Origin: an uncultured Actinomycetota bacterium
GTDB lineage: Bacteria > Actinomycetota > UBA4738
Reading direction: 5' to 3'
Length of the DNA: 64,000 nucleotides
Assembly (NCBI GenBank): GCA_963781595.1
Contig: CAWAGG010000006.1
Location: 1,690,107 to 1,754,106 of the forward strand
Position numbers and translations under genes: made by a program. This document shows, one piece after another, positions 25,671 through 34,536 of the stretch. The notes under the pieces were generated by a model that made no database searches, was not told where the DNA came from, and saw nothing but the letters and a program-made list of their open reading frames with translations. Each line of letters starts with the position of its first letter. Within the stretch, counting starts at the first letter, position 1.

Positions 25671-26078
25671 ATGCAGCCGAAGGAGGTCGTTCGCCGGTTC
25701 GTCGAGGAGTACCAGGAGAAGCGGGATGACGAGGCGTTCGCCGAGTACCTGTCCCCGGACGTCGTCGATCATACGCCGATGCCCGGCACGGCCGGAGGAG
25801 CCGAAGGCGTTCGGCAGATCTTCGGGATGCTCTGGTCCGCGCTCCCCGACATGCGCGTCGAGATCCACGACCAGGTCGCCGAGGGCGACAAGGTCGTCAC
25901 CCGCAAGTCGTTCGTCGGAACGCAGTCGGGCGAGCTGTTCGGGGTCCCGGCGACCGACAGGGAAGTGCACCTGGACCTGATCGACATCGTGCGCGTGTCC
26001 GATGGGAAGATCGTCGAGCACTGGAACATCGTGGATTCCTATGCGCTGATGCAGCAGCTCGGGGCGATCCCCTCGTAG
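25671..26078 (+). CDS. SnoaL-like (ester-cyclase/NTF2-fold) protein
   Basis: 135 aa. MQPKEVVRRFVEEY.., ..GDKVVTRKSFVGTQSGELFGVPATDREV.. and ..DGKIVEHWNIVD are typical of COG5485 predicted ester cyclases. SD GGAGGAGAGAGGGAGGGGG lies upstream. Confidence 0.75.
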   Translation: MQPKEVVRRFVEEYQEKRDDEAFAEYLSPDVVDHTPMPGTAGGAEGVRQIFGMLWSALPDMRVEIHDQVAEGDKVVTRKSFVGTQSGELFGVPATDREVHLDLIDIVRVSDGKIVEHWNIVDSYALMQQLGAIPS

Positions 26079-26120
26079 AGACCGATCCGGAGCGTCGCAC
26101 CGTGGGGGATGGCGCCACCA

Positions 26121-27122
26121 TTATCCGGTCGGCGCCATCGCCTCGACCGTCGCCGCGACGCGTTCGGCCCGCTCCTCGGGCGATCCGGCGACCGAGAGCG
26201 GCATCAGCACGGGCGTCGTGACGCCGGCTGCCCGGTACCCGTCGATGCGTGCCAGCGCTCCGGCAGCGGTTCCGTGGACGAACAAGGCTTCGAACAGCTC
26301 GTCGGAAAACAGCTCGGTCGCGCGTTCGCGTTCGCCGGCGCCCCACGCCTCGGCGATCGAGGCGGCTACGGCCTCGAAACCCTGGCGCGCCAGGGACGCG
26401 CTGTACGCGGGCACGGTCGCGTAGCCGGTCAGCAGCCGCGTGCCGACGAGGCGGACCAGCGCCTCGTCCTCGTCGAGCGCGATCGGGATGCGGAGGAACA
26501 CGTCGAGGTCCGCGGGGTTGCGACCCGCTTCCCGCGCACCGATCGCGACCTCCGACAGCGCCTGACGGACGCCGTCGGGCGTCATCAGGAAGAACTGCAC
26601 GCCGTCGGCGATCCGGCCCGCCAGGCGGCACATCGCCGGCCCGAGCGCACCGACGAAGATCGGGACCGGCGCGCCGGGGTCGACCTGCAGACGGAAGTTC
26701 GTCACGCGGACCGTCTCGCCGTCGAACGAGACCTTGCGACCCGCGAGGATCTGGCGCAGCGCCTCGACGTACTCGCGAACGCGGGCGACGGGACCTCCGA
26801 ACGGCGTCCCCATCCAGTCGCCGACGATCGCCGGGGACGACGTCCCGATCCCGAGGACGAACCTCCCCCCGGAGAGCGCCTGCACCCCGGCGGCGCTCAT
26901 CGCGATCAGCGCGGGCGGCCGCGTGAACACTGGGACGAGAGCGGTCCCCAGCCGGACGGTCGTCGTCCGTTCCGTTATCGCCGCCAGCGGCGTGAAGGCG
27001 TCGGTCGCGCCGACCTCAGCGGTCCACACGTCGGTGTACCCGAGCGCCTCGGCGCGCGCCGAGAGATCGATCGCGGCGCGCATGCCGGCGACCTCGATCG
27101 GCGGCGTGATCCCGAGTCGCAT
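26121..27122 (-). CDS. LLM-class (luciferase-like) flavin/F420-dependent oxidoreductase
   Basis: 333 aa. MRLGITPPIEV..AEALGYTDVWTAE..RLGTALVPVFTRPPALIAMSAA..GGRFVLGIGTS.. is the typical luciferase-like monooxygenase TIM-barrel pattern. Confidence 0.8.
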   Translation of the reverse strand: MRLGITPPIEVAGMRAAIDLSARAEALGYTDVWTAEVGATDAFTPLAAITERTTTVRLGTALVPVFTRPPALIAMSAAGVQALSGGRFVLGIGTSSPAIVGDWMGTPFGGPVARVREYVEALRQILAGRKVSFDGETVRVTNFRLQVDPGAPVPIFVGALGPAMCRLAGRIADGVQFFLMTPDGVRQALSEVAIGAREAGRNPADLDVFLRIPIALDEDEALVRLVGTRLLTGYATVPAYSASLARQGFEAVAASIAEAWGAGERERATELFSDELFEALFVHGTAAGALARIDGYRAAGVTTPVLMPLSVAGSPEERAERVAATVEAMAPTG

Positions 27123-27241
27123 CGCGCCATGCTAGGTGAGGCGGTCATCGGGGCGACACCCGCGACGGCGGACCGAGGGCACCGGGGCGGGCGAGGAGCG
27201 TACGCTACCGACGCCGAAGGCCGGGAGAGAGGGGGATCAGC

Positions 27242-27628
27242 ATGTCGATCGAAGGGAACAAGGACGTCGTCAGGCGGTTCATCACGGAAGTGTTGGTCGG
27301 TGGCGACGTCGACGTGGCCGACGAGCTGCTCGCGCCGAACTACGTGAACCGCGCGATGGGCACCGACCGCGAAGCCTTCAAAGCGTTCATCGGGGGCTCG
27401 CCGGTCTTCTCCGATCGCCGCTTCGACATCGAGGACCTGGTGGCCGAAGGCGATGCGGTGGTGTCCCGCTTCTCCTTCGAGATCACCGACCCGAACGGGA
27501 ACGTGATCTCCGCCCGAGGCATGACCTACTACGGTCTCGCCGATGGAAGGATCGTCGAAGACGATCCGATCACGACTCCGGATCTGACGCAGGCGTTCGC
27601 CGACCTGATGCGCGAACCTGGTCCTTGA
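27242..27628 (+). CDS. SnoaL-like (ester-cyclase/NTF2-fold) protein, second copy
   Basis: 128 aa. ..NKDVVRRFITEVLVGGDVDVADELLAPNYVN.. and ..EGDAVVSRFSFE..GRIVED.. It belongs to the same family as 25671..26078 but has diverged. Confidence 0.7.
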   Translation: MSIEGNKDVVRRFITEVLVGGDVDVADELLAPNYVNRAMGTDREAFKAFIGGSPVFSDRRFDIEDLVAEGDAVVSRFSFEITDPNGNVISARGMTYYGLADGRIVEDDPITTPDLTQAFADLMREPGP

Positions 27629-27743
27629 TCTCCGATCCGTTCGTGCGTCTTCGACCGGGCGGCAGCTGACGGAAGGTATCTGTGCGGGGACCGGGTGGCG
27701 CTCCAGCGATGCGGATGTCGGGACGTGACACTACTGTTGTGGC

Positions 27744-28547
27744 ATGGCTGACTTCACCGACGAGGATCTCAGCGGTTCGCGGTTCGAGCACGTCAACCTG
27801 GCGGGCGCACGGTTCGAACGCATCGACCTGAGCGGCGTGGAGTTCCACGCCAGTCACATGATCGATACGCGGTTCCGTTTCATACAGATGAGCGGCGTCG
27901 TGATGCGCGGGGTCGAGCTGGTCGACGTCGACATCTACGGCGAGATCGGGAAGTTGATCGTCAACGGTGTCGACGTGGGACCCCTGGTGAACGACGAGCT
28001 CGACCGAAGGTACCCGGAGCGGGCGAAGATGCGCCCGACCGACCCCGCCGGCTTCCGCGAGGCGTGGGATGTCGTCGAGCGGCTGTGGGCCGGCACGGTC
28101 GAACGGGCCCGCCGTTTGGACCCCGAGCTCCTGCACGAGTCCGTCGGCGGCGAGTGGTCGTTCATCGAGACGCTTCGGCATCTGGTGTTCGCCACCGACT
28201 CGTGGGTCAGGCGGGTCATCCTGGGCGATCCGTCGCCGTGGGATCCGCTGGACCTGCCGTGGGACGAGATGCGGGATACGCCGGGCGTGCCCCGCGACCG
28301 CGACGTTCGACCGCCGCTGGACGTGGTGCTCGAGCTGCGCCGCGACCGGATGTCCACCGTGCGGGAGGTCATCGACGGCCTCACCGAGGAGTCGCTGGCG
28401 GGGGAGACCGAACCGGTCGAGGGTCCGGGGTGGCCGAGGCCCGGCAGCTACCCGGTGCGTGAGTGCCTGTCGACCATCCTGAACGAGGAATGGGAGCATC
28501 GGCTCTACGCCGAACGGGACCTGGACATACTGGAAGCGCGCTCGTAA
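27744..28547 (+). CDS. Pentapeptide-repeat / DinB-family (MDMPI_N-like) fusion protein
   Basis: The N-terminal ~65 aa has 5-residue periodicity (DLSGS RFEHV NLAGA RFERI DLSGV EFHAS..). The C-terminal part (..WSFIETLRHLVFATDSW.. and ..LNEEWEHRLYAERDL) resembles DinB/mycothiol-maleylpyruvate-isomerase N-terminal four-helix bundles. Confidence 0.65.
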   Translation: MADFTDEDLSGSRFEHVNLAGARFERIDLSGVEFHASHMIDTRFRFIQMSGVVMRGVELVDVDIYGEIGKLIVNGVDVGPLVNDELDRRYPERAKMRPTDPAGFREAWDVVERLWAGTVERARRLDPELLHESVGGEWSFIETLRHLVFATDSWVRRVILGDPSPWDPLDLPWDEMRDTPGVPRDRDVRPPLDVVLELRRDRMSTVREVIDGLTEESLAGETEPVEGPGWPRPGSYPVRECLSTILNEEWEHRLYAERDLDILEARS

Positions 28548-28712
28548 CGACCCTCGCCTGTCCGCCGAGGAGGGCAGGCACTCGTCATCCGGCCGCGGCC
28601 AGCCTGAGGACGAACACGCCGAAGAGGATGGAGAACCCGGCCATCGGCAGGAGGTCGGCGCGCTTCAGGATCCGCGTGCGTCGGGTCGCCTCGCGGGACG
28701 CCGTCGCCGGGA

Positions 28713-29987
28713 TCAGGCCGCCAGCGTGATCCTGGAACCCGTGTTCGGCGTGGGATTTCCGATCGCACCCGTGTAGCCGCTCCACACGATCAGGTCCGAA
28801 CCCGTCCAGACGATCGCGCTCTCGTTGCGCGTCGTCATCGGCGACGTGCCGGCGGGGATGACGTGCCACGTGTCGTTGGCCACGTCGTAGACCTGCAGGC
28901 GCCCGCCGGGCGCCGGCATCACGTAGCGGTCGCCGAGCCACGCGGTCTGATCCGCGCCCGGCGCGGCCGGCGGGCGGGCCCCGGTCCGCCATGCGCCCGT
29001 CGTCGGGTCGAAGAAGAGGAGCCCGACCGAGAGGTCGTCGGCCACGGACAGCGCCACCTCGGTCCCGGCCCAGCCGATCGGCGAGAGCGCGCCGCGCTCC
29101 TTCGGATCCACGGGCGCCTTCGAGAGGTCGAACTCCTTCATGGTGTCCGAGGCCGGGTCGTACGCGACGAACATGTTCTTGAACTTCGTGCACGACGAAC
29201 CCTGCTCCGGGCAGAGGTAGTGCGCGCCGGTGATGAACACCCGGCTCCCGTTCCAGATCGCCCCGTTCGCTGAGAACGCCTTCAGCGCGTTCAGTGGCGC
29301 CGGCTGGGTCCATCCACCGGTCTTGGGGTTCAGTGCCGCCGCGACCGGGCTTGCGAACCCGTCGCCGCTCGTCCCTCCGACGATCAGGAGTTCGGTGCCG
29401 GTCCAGGCCCACGAGAAGCTCTCGCGCGTCCCGAGCGGTCCGGCGGGAAGCTTCTTCCACGTGTTGGACGAGAGCGTGTAGGCGAGAGCCACCGTCGGCC
29501 CGTCGGGGGCGTTGCCGCCCCAGAAGACGGCGTTGGTGCCCGTCCACGCGGACGCCACGCCCACCGCCTTGGTCACGCCCGACGGAGCCGTCGCGGTCTT
29601 CTTCCAGGAGTCAGCGGCCGGGTCGTAGACCGCGCCGTCGATGACCTCCCTGATCTGCTTCCCGCGATAGAGGCCGCCCCAGACGATCATCTTGGTGCCG
29701 GTCCAGACGACGCCCTCAGCGATGCGGCCCGCGATCGTGGCCTTCGCCATCGGGTGCCACCTCGGCGACGACGCGGTGGTCGGCGAAACGATCGGTGAAG
29801 CCGTCGGCGAGCCCTTGGGCGAGGCGGTCGGCGAGACAGGGGTCGAAGGGGATGTCGAAGGACCCGACGGCGTCGTCGGAGCGTTCGCCACGCCGTTGTT
29901 CGAACATGCGGACGCCGTCAGACCGAAGGCGAGCACCGCCGCCCATACCCAGGCCACGCGGCCCCGCCGAGCTGGCTTCGTCATCAC
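28713..29987 (-). CDS. Kelch/beta-propeller-like repeat lipoprotein with Pro/Ser/Thr-rich linker
   Basis: The signal with lipobox is AFGLTASAC, followed by a PTS-rich linker. Repeated blades contain W(T/A)GT..(V/I)WGG and WxxxxxxP motifs. Confidence 0.6.
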   Translation of the reverse strand: MMTKPARRGRVAWVWAAVLAFGLTASACSNNGVANAPTTPSGPSTSPSTPVSPTASPKGSPTASPIVSPTTASSPRWHPMAKATIAGRIAEGVVWTGTKMIVWGGLYRGKQIREVIDGAVYDPAADSWKKTATAPSGVTKAVGVASAWTGTNAVFWGGNAPDGPTVALAYTLSSNTWKKLPAGPLGTRESFSWAWTGTELLIVGGTSGDGFASPVAAALNPKTGGWTQPAPLNALKAFSANGAIWNGSRVFITGAHYLCPEQGSSCTKFKNMFVAYDPASDTMKEFDLSKAPVDPKERGALSPIGWAGTEVALSVADDLSVGLLFFDPTTGAWRTGARPPAAPGADQTAWLGDRYVMPAPGGRLQVYDVANDTWHVIPAGTSPMTTRNESAIVWTGSDLIVWSGYTGAIGNPTPNTGSRITLAA

Positions 29988-30340
29988 GTCACCCTCTCAC
30001 CGCGTCGGTCCGCCGTCGATGCCCGTTCGCGGGCGGGTCGGGCTTCGTCGCAGTGACCATGATGCAGCGGACGCCACGTCCGGGGGACGCCGAACCCATT
30101 CCCGAGGAGCAGGTCGTACGCACCAGCCCGCGGCACGGGAGCGTCGCTCGGGCTCTTCGCCATGCGTGCACCTTTCGGATCCACTTCGAGTCTCGGAGCG
30201 GGGCCGGCCCGCCCGGCCCGCCCGGGCCGGTCGGCACTCCACGGGACGGACCTCTCAGTACGCGTGCAGGCATCAGCGGACGGTCGCGCCGCGCCGCGGC
30301 CCTCGCCGCGGCTCCGGTCGGCGCCATCCCCGTGACTTCG

Positions 30341-30369
30341 TTGACACCTCCCGCGGTCGGTCGTATACA
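30341..30369 (+). promoter_or_regulatory. Candidate sigma-70-type promoter of the sulfate ABC transporter operon
   Basis: A perfect TTGACA (30341-30346), an exactly 17-nt spacer, then TATACA (30364-30369). It lies ~175 nt upstream of the binding-protein ATG, and the AT-rich hexamers stand out in this GC-rich context. Confidence 0.45.
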
Positions 30370-30383
30370 GTGTTCGCCGCACC

Positions 30384-30484
30384 GGTCGACCGGGACCACC
30401 CGGAGACCGGGCGCGTTCTCGGTTGACCGGACCACCGGAGACCTCGTCCCGAAGCATCTCGGTTGACCGGACCTGCCGGAGACC
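30384..30484 (+). repeat. Three direct repeats (G)GT(C/T)GACCGG(G)ACC(A/TG)CC(C)GGAGACC in the sulfate-operon leader
   Basis: The copies lie at 30384-30408, 30417-30443 and 30457-30484. The last two share 26 of 27 aligned bases plus one extra inserted base, and are 40 nt apart. Each contains a CCGG-N4/5-CCGG mini-palindrome. Confidence 0.7.
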
Positions 30485-30544
30485 GTTCCACAGCTCACGG
30501 TCTCGCTGCATCGCGGGTTCCGTCGATCGAAGGGAGAGGTTTCC

Positions 30545-31618
30545 ATGCGCTTGCGTTCCCTCAGGACCTGGGTGGCCGGTTCCGCCATCCTCGGCCTCGC
30601 GGCCGCCACGGCCGCATGCGGAGGCTCCACCGACGCCTCCACGGGCACCGGGGCGGCGGCGGCATCCTGCAAGCCCGCCAAGACGCCGGTCATCACGCTC
30701 GCCGCGTACAGCACGGTCTACGACGTCTACGGCAAGCTGATCTCCGACTTCCAGTCGAAGTGGAAGGACGAGCACGACGGGCAGCAGGTGATCTTCCAGA
30801 CGTCGTTCGGCGGCAGCACGACGCAGGCCCAGAACGTCGTCAACGGGTTCAAGGCCGACATCGTCGCGCTGTCGCTGATCCCGGACGTCCAGCTGATCCA
30901 GCAGGCGGGGCTCATCACCCAGCCCGTGACCGACGACAGCATCGTGTCGACGACCTCGGTGGTCTTCGACGTTCGCCCAGACAACCCGAAGGGCGTGAAC
31001 GACTGGGCCGACCTCACCCAGGCCGGCCTGCAGGTCCTGACGCCCGACCCGACCCAGAGCGGCGGCGCGCGCTGGAACATCCTGGGCGCGTACGGCTCAG
31101 CGGTCGAGGGCAAGGTCCCCGGCACGCCGGCGACGCCCGAAGGCGCGCAGACGCTGCTGACGAACATCTTCAAGAACGTCACCGTGATGGACAAGAGCGC
31201 CAACGACTCGCTGAAGAACTTCCAGTCTGGCAACGGCGACGTCGCGATCACCTACGAGAACCAGGTCCTGCTCGCGCAGGCCGCGGGCAAGGACGACACG
31301 ATCGTCTACCCGCCCTCGACGATCCTGATCCAGAACCCGACGGTGGTCGTGGACAAGAACGCCGCCGCGGACTGCGTGACGGACGTGGCGACGGCGTTCG
31401 TCGCCTACCTGCACACGCCGGACGCGCAGGACATCTTCGCGAGCGTCGGTGACTTCCGCCCGAACGACCCGACGCAGGCGGTCGCGGCGAACGGCGACCT
31501 GCCGGCCCTCGCGGACGTCTTCACGGCCGCGGACATCGGTGGCTGGGACAAGATCGACACCGAAGTGTTCGGGGACAACGGCATCGCCACGCAGGCGATC
31601 GCAGCGGCGCAGGGGTAG
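30545..31618 (+). CDS. Sulfate/thiosulfate ABC transporter substrate-binding lipoprotein
   Basis: The signal with lipobox is LAAATAAC. ..ITLAAYSTVYDVYGKLISDFQSKWKDEH..FQTSFGGSTTQAQNVVNGFKADIVALS.. is typical of Sbp/CysP/SubI. It is followed by cysTWA. Confidence 0.9.
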   Translation: MRLRSLRTWVAGSAILGLAAATAACGGSTDASTGTGAAAASCKPAKTPVITLAAYSTVYDVYGKLISDFQSKWKDEHDGQQVIFQTSFGGSTTQAQNVVNGFKADIVALSLIPDVQLIQQAGLITQPVTDDSIVSTTSVVFDVRPDNPKGVNDWADLTQAGLQVLTPDPTQSGGARWNILGAYGSAVEGKVPGTPATPEGAQTLLTNIFKNVTVMDKSANDSLKNFQSGNGDVAITYENQVLLAQAAGKDDTIVYPPSTILIQNPTVVVDKNAAADCVTDVATAFVAYLHTPDAQDIFASVGDFRPNDPTQAVAANGDLPALADVFTAADIGGWDKIDTEVFGDNGIATQAIAAAQG

Positions 31619-31630
31619 CAGGGAGTCCGA

Positions 31631-32521
31631 TTGGCGACCGGCACCGCGACCGAAGCCCGCTCGACCTCCCGGGACCCGTTGGGGACCCGGGAGGTCGGTC
31701 GTCCTCGGGCTCGTCCGCCGTGGGGCCGGTGGGGGCTGCGTGGCGTCGCGATCCTCTACCTGGGCTGCATGGTCGTGCTCCCGATCGTCGCGGTCGTGCA
31801 GCGGGGGTTCGGCGACGGGCTGGGGCCGCTGAAGGACGCGTTCGCGGCGCCGGGCGCCTGGGAGGCGATCCGGCTCACCCTGATCCTGGCGGCCCTCACG
31901 GCCGTGATCAACGCGGTGTTGGGCACGCTGATCGCCTACGTGCTGGTCCGATACCGGTTCCCGGGGCGGGCCGCGCTCTCGACGATCGTCGACGTGCCGT
32001 TCGCGGTGCCGACGCTCGTCACCGGCGTGATGCTCCGCGCGCTCTACGGCCCGGCGTCGCCGATCGGGTCGTTCCTGCAGGGCCACGGGATCCAGGTGAT
32101 CTTCGCCCCCGCGGGGATCCTGCTGGCGCTGCTGTTCGTCACGCTCCCCCTGGTGGTGCGAACGGTCCAGCCGGTGATGCTGGAACTGGACCGCTCGGAG
32201 GAGGAGGCCGCGCACGTGCTCGGCGCCGGGCGGATCCGGACCGCGCTGAGCGTCCTGTGGCCGCACCTGCGGCCCGCGATCGCGGCCGGGTCGCTGCTGG
32301 CGTTCGCGCGCGCGATCGGCGAGTTCGGCGCCGTCGTGATCGTCTCCGGCAACATCATCGGCAAGACGCTGACGGCGCCGGTGTTCATCTTCAGCCTGAT
32401 CAGCCAGTTCAAGCCCGAGGAGGCGGCGGCCGTCGCGGCGCTGCTGTTCGGCCTGTCGTTCGTGCTGGTGCTGGTGACCGAACGGCTGATCGGGCGGGCC
32501 CACAAGGAGGTGGCGCCGTGA
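31631..32521 (+). CDS. cysT: Sulfate ABC transporter permease CysT
   Basis: ..LVRYRFPGRAALSTIVDVPFAVPTLVTGVML.. and the EAA-loop block ..EEEAAHVLGAG.. are present. The start is uncertain (TTG at 31631). Confidence 0.85.
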   Translation: MATGTATEARSTSRDPLGTREVGRPRARPPWGRWGLRGVAILYLGCMVVLPIVAVVQRGFGDGLGPLKDAFAAPGAWEAIRLTLILAALTAVINAVLGTLIAYVLVRYRFPGRAALSTIVDVPFAVPTLVTGVMLRALYGPASPIGSFLQGHGIQVIFAPAGILLALLFVTLPLVVRTVQPVMLELDRSEEEAAHVLGAGRIRTALSVLWPHLRPAIAAGSLLAFARAIGEFGAVVIVSGNIIGKTLTAPVFIFSLISQFKPEEAAAVAALLFGLSFVLVLVTERLIGRAHKEVAP

Positions 32522-33408
32522 GCCTGGTCGGCGCGGATCGAACGCCCGGCGGCCCCCGGCCCGAGCCGGCCACGGCCCCGGAGAGCGCGTCGCCGACCAA
32601 ACGCCGGCTGATCCACGGCGGGCTCACGGCGACCGCGATCCTCTACGCGGCCATCCTGCTGATCGCGCCGCTCGCGGGGATCGTCTGGGCGGCGGTCAAG
32701 GTCGGCTGGTCCACCTGGGTCGAGACGTTCGCCCAGCCGGACGTTCGCCACGCGTTCTACCTCTCGCTGGTCATCACGCTCATCACGGTGGTCGTGACCT
32801 CGGTGTTCGGCGTGATCGTGGCTTTGGTCCTGGCGCGCGACCGCTTCCCGGGCCGGTCCGTGATCAGCGCGTTCGTCGACCTGCCGTTGGCCGTGTCGCC
32901 GGTGATCGTCGGGCTGGCCTGCGTGATCCTCTTCGGCCGCGGGGGCTGGTTCGAACCATGGTTCTCCTCGCACGGCATCCAGATCATCTTCGCCCTGCCG
33001 TCGATGGTGCTCGTGACGATCTTCATCTCGATCCCGTTCGTGATCCGGGAGGTCGCGCCGCTCCTGCAGGAGCTGGGGACCGAGGAGGAGGAAGCCGCGC
33101 GGACGCTCGGGGCCTCGACGCTGCAGACGTTCTTCAAGGTCACCCTGCCGAACATCCGGTGGGGCCTGCTGTACGGGATCGCGCTGACCACGGCGCGCTC
33201 GATCGGCGAGATCGGCGCGGTGCTGGTGGTCAGCGGCGCGATCACCGGCCAGACCGAGACGGCCACGCTGTTCGTCCTGCGGTCCTTCGACGAGGGGCAC
33301 GACCCGGAGGGCTACATCGTCGCGATGACGCTCGCGCTGGTCTCGATCCTGATCCTCGTGGGCATCGAGGTCTTCAAGCGGAGGGAAGAGAAGGAGCTCG
33401 CCCTATGA
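32518..33408 (+). CDS. cysW: Sulfate ABC transporter permease CysW
   Basis: The GTG start overlaps the cysT stop (GTGA). ..LARDRFPGRSVISAFVDLPLAVSPVIVG.. and ..EEEEAARTLGAS.. are present. Confidence 0.85.
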   Translation: MSLVGADRTPGGPRPEPATAPESASPTKRRLIHGGLTATAILYAAILLIAPLAGIVWAAVKVGWSTWVETFAQPDVRHAFYLSLVITLITVVVTSVFGVIVALVLARDRFPGRSVISAFVDLPLAVSPVIVGLACVILFGRGGWFEPWFSSHGIQIIFALPSMVLVTIFISIPFVIREVAPLLQELGTEEEEAARTLGASTLQTFFKVTLPNIRWGLLYGIALTTARSIGEIGAVLVVSGAITGQTETATLFVLRSFDEGHDPEGYIVAMTLALVSILILVGIEVFKRREEKELAL

Positions 33409-34514
33409 CCGGCATCGTCGCCACCGACCTGAACAAGTCCTTCGGGTCGTTCAAGGCCGTGGACGCGGTCTCGTTCGAAGCGGAGGAGGGGAAGATCACG
33501 GCGATCCTCGGGCCGTCCGGCTCGGGCAAGAGCACGGTGCTCCGGATGATCGCCGGCCTCGAGCGCCCGGACAGCGGGAGCATCTCGCTCGCCGGCGAGG
33601 AGCAGACGTACGCCTCCGTGCAGGAACGGAAGGTCGGGTTCGTCTTCCAGCACTACGCCCTCTTCCGGCACATGACGGTCCGGCAGAACGTCGGGTTCGG
33701 GCTTCGGGTGCGCAAGGTGTCGAAGGCCGACGCGGCGCGTCGCGTGGACGAACTGCTGGAGCTGGTCCAGCTCGGCCCGTGGTCCACGCGCTACCCCGAT
33801 CAGCTCTCCGGCGGGCAGCGGCAGCGCGTGGCCCTGGCGCGGGCGCTCGCGCCGCGGCCGAAGGTGCTGTTGCTCGACGAGCCGTTCGGCGCCCTGGACG
33901 CGAGGGTCCGGCAGGATCTGCGGCGCTGGCTCGACGACCTGCACCACGAGTTGGGCGTGACGTCGCTGCTGGTGACCCACGACCAGGAGGAGGCCCTCGA
34001 GCTGGCGAACGAGGTCGTCGTGATGCACCAGGGTCGCGTCGAACAGGTCGGGAGCCCCGACGACGTCTACAACCGGCCGGCCACGCCGTTCGTCGCGGGC
34101 TTCGTCGGCGCGGCCAACGTCCTGTCCGGGGTCGTCGACGGCGGGCGCGTGCGGATCGGCGACGGCTGGCCCGCGGGGACCGGCGGGAGCAACGGGCTCA
34201 CGGACGGGAGGAACGTCCACGCGTACGTTCGCCCACACGACATCGGGGTCGCGGCGAGCGCGGCGCGCCCGGGCGCCGTGTCGGCCGCGGTCGAGCGGGT
34301 CACGAACCTGGGCTACGCCTCGAAGGTCCGGCTGCGCCTGCGGGACGGGCAGGGCCTGACGGCGGAGGTGCCGAACGAGGAGCTTCCCCGGATCGACGTC
34401 GGGGACGGCGTCCACCTGGATCTTCGGAACGCGAACGTGTTCGAGGCGGAGGACGCCCCCGGTCACTTCGCGGGCATCGACGAGGACGAACAGGTCCCTG
34501 CCGGCGTCGCGTGA
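33405..34514 (+). CDS. cysA: Sulfate ABC transporter ATP-binding protein CysA
   Basis: The ATG overlaps the cysW stop (ATGA). Walker A is GPSGSGKST, the signature is LSGGQRQRVALARAL, and Walker B is LLLDEPFGALD. A C-terminal TOBE-like domain follows. Confidence 0.92.
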   Translation: MTGIVATDLNKSFGSFKAVDAVSFEAEEGKITAILGPSGSGKSTVLRMIAGLERPDSGSISLAGEEQTYASVQERKVGFVFQHYALFRHMTVRQNVGFGLRVRKVSKADAARRVDELLELVQLGPWSTRYPDQLSGGQRQRVALARALAPRPKVLLLDEPFGALDARVRQDLRRWLDDLHHELGVTSLLVTHDQEEALELANEVVVMHQGRVEQVGSPDDVYNRPATPFVAGFVGAANVLSGVVDGGRVRIGDGWPAGTGGSNGLTDGRNVHAYVRPHDIGVAASAARPGAVSAAVERVTNLGYASKVRLRLRDGQGLTAEVPNEELPRIDVGDGVHLDLRNANVFEAEDAPGHFAGIDEDEQVPAGVA

Positions 34515-34536
34515 GGGCCGGTGGAGAGGAGCGCCG

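Noticed and set aside
28585-28644. A 19-aa hydrophobic mini-ORF (MAGFSILFGVFVLRLAAAG) downstream of the Kelch-like lipoprotein gene
   Set aside because: It has no Shine-Dalgarno, is very short, and is indistinguishable from chance.
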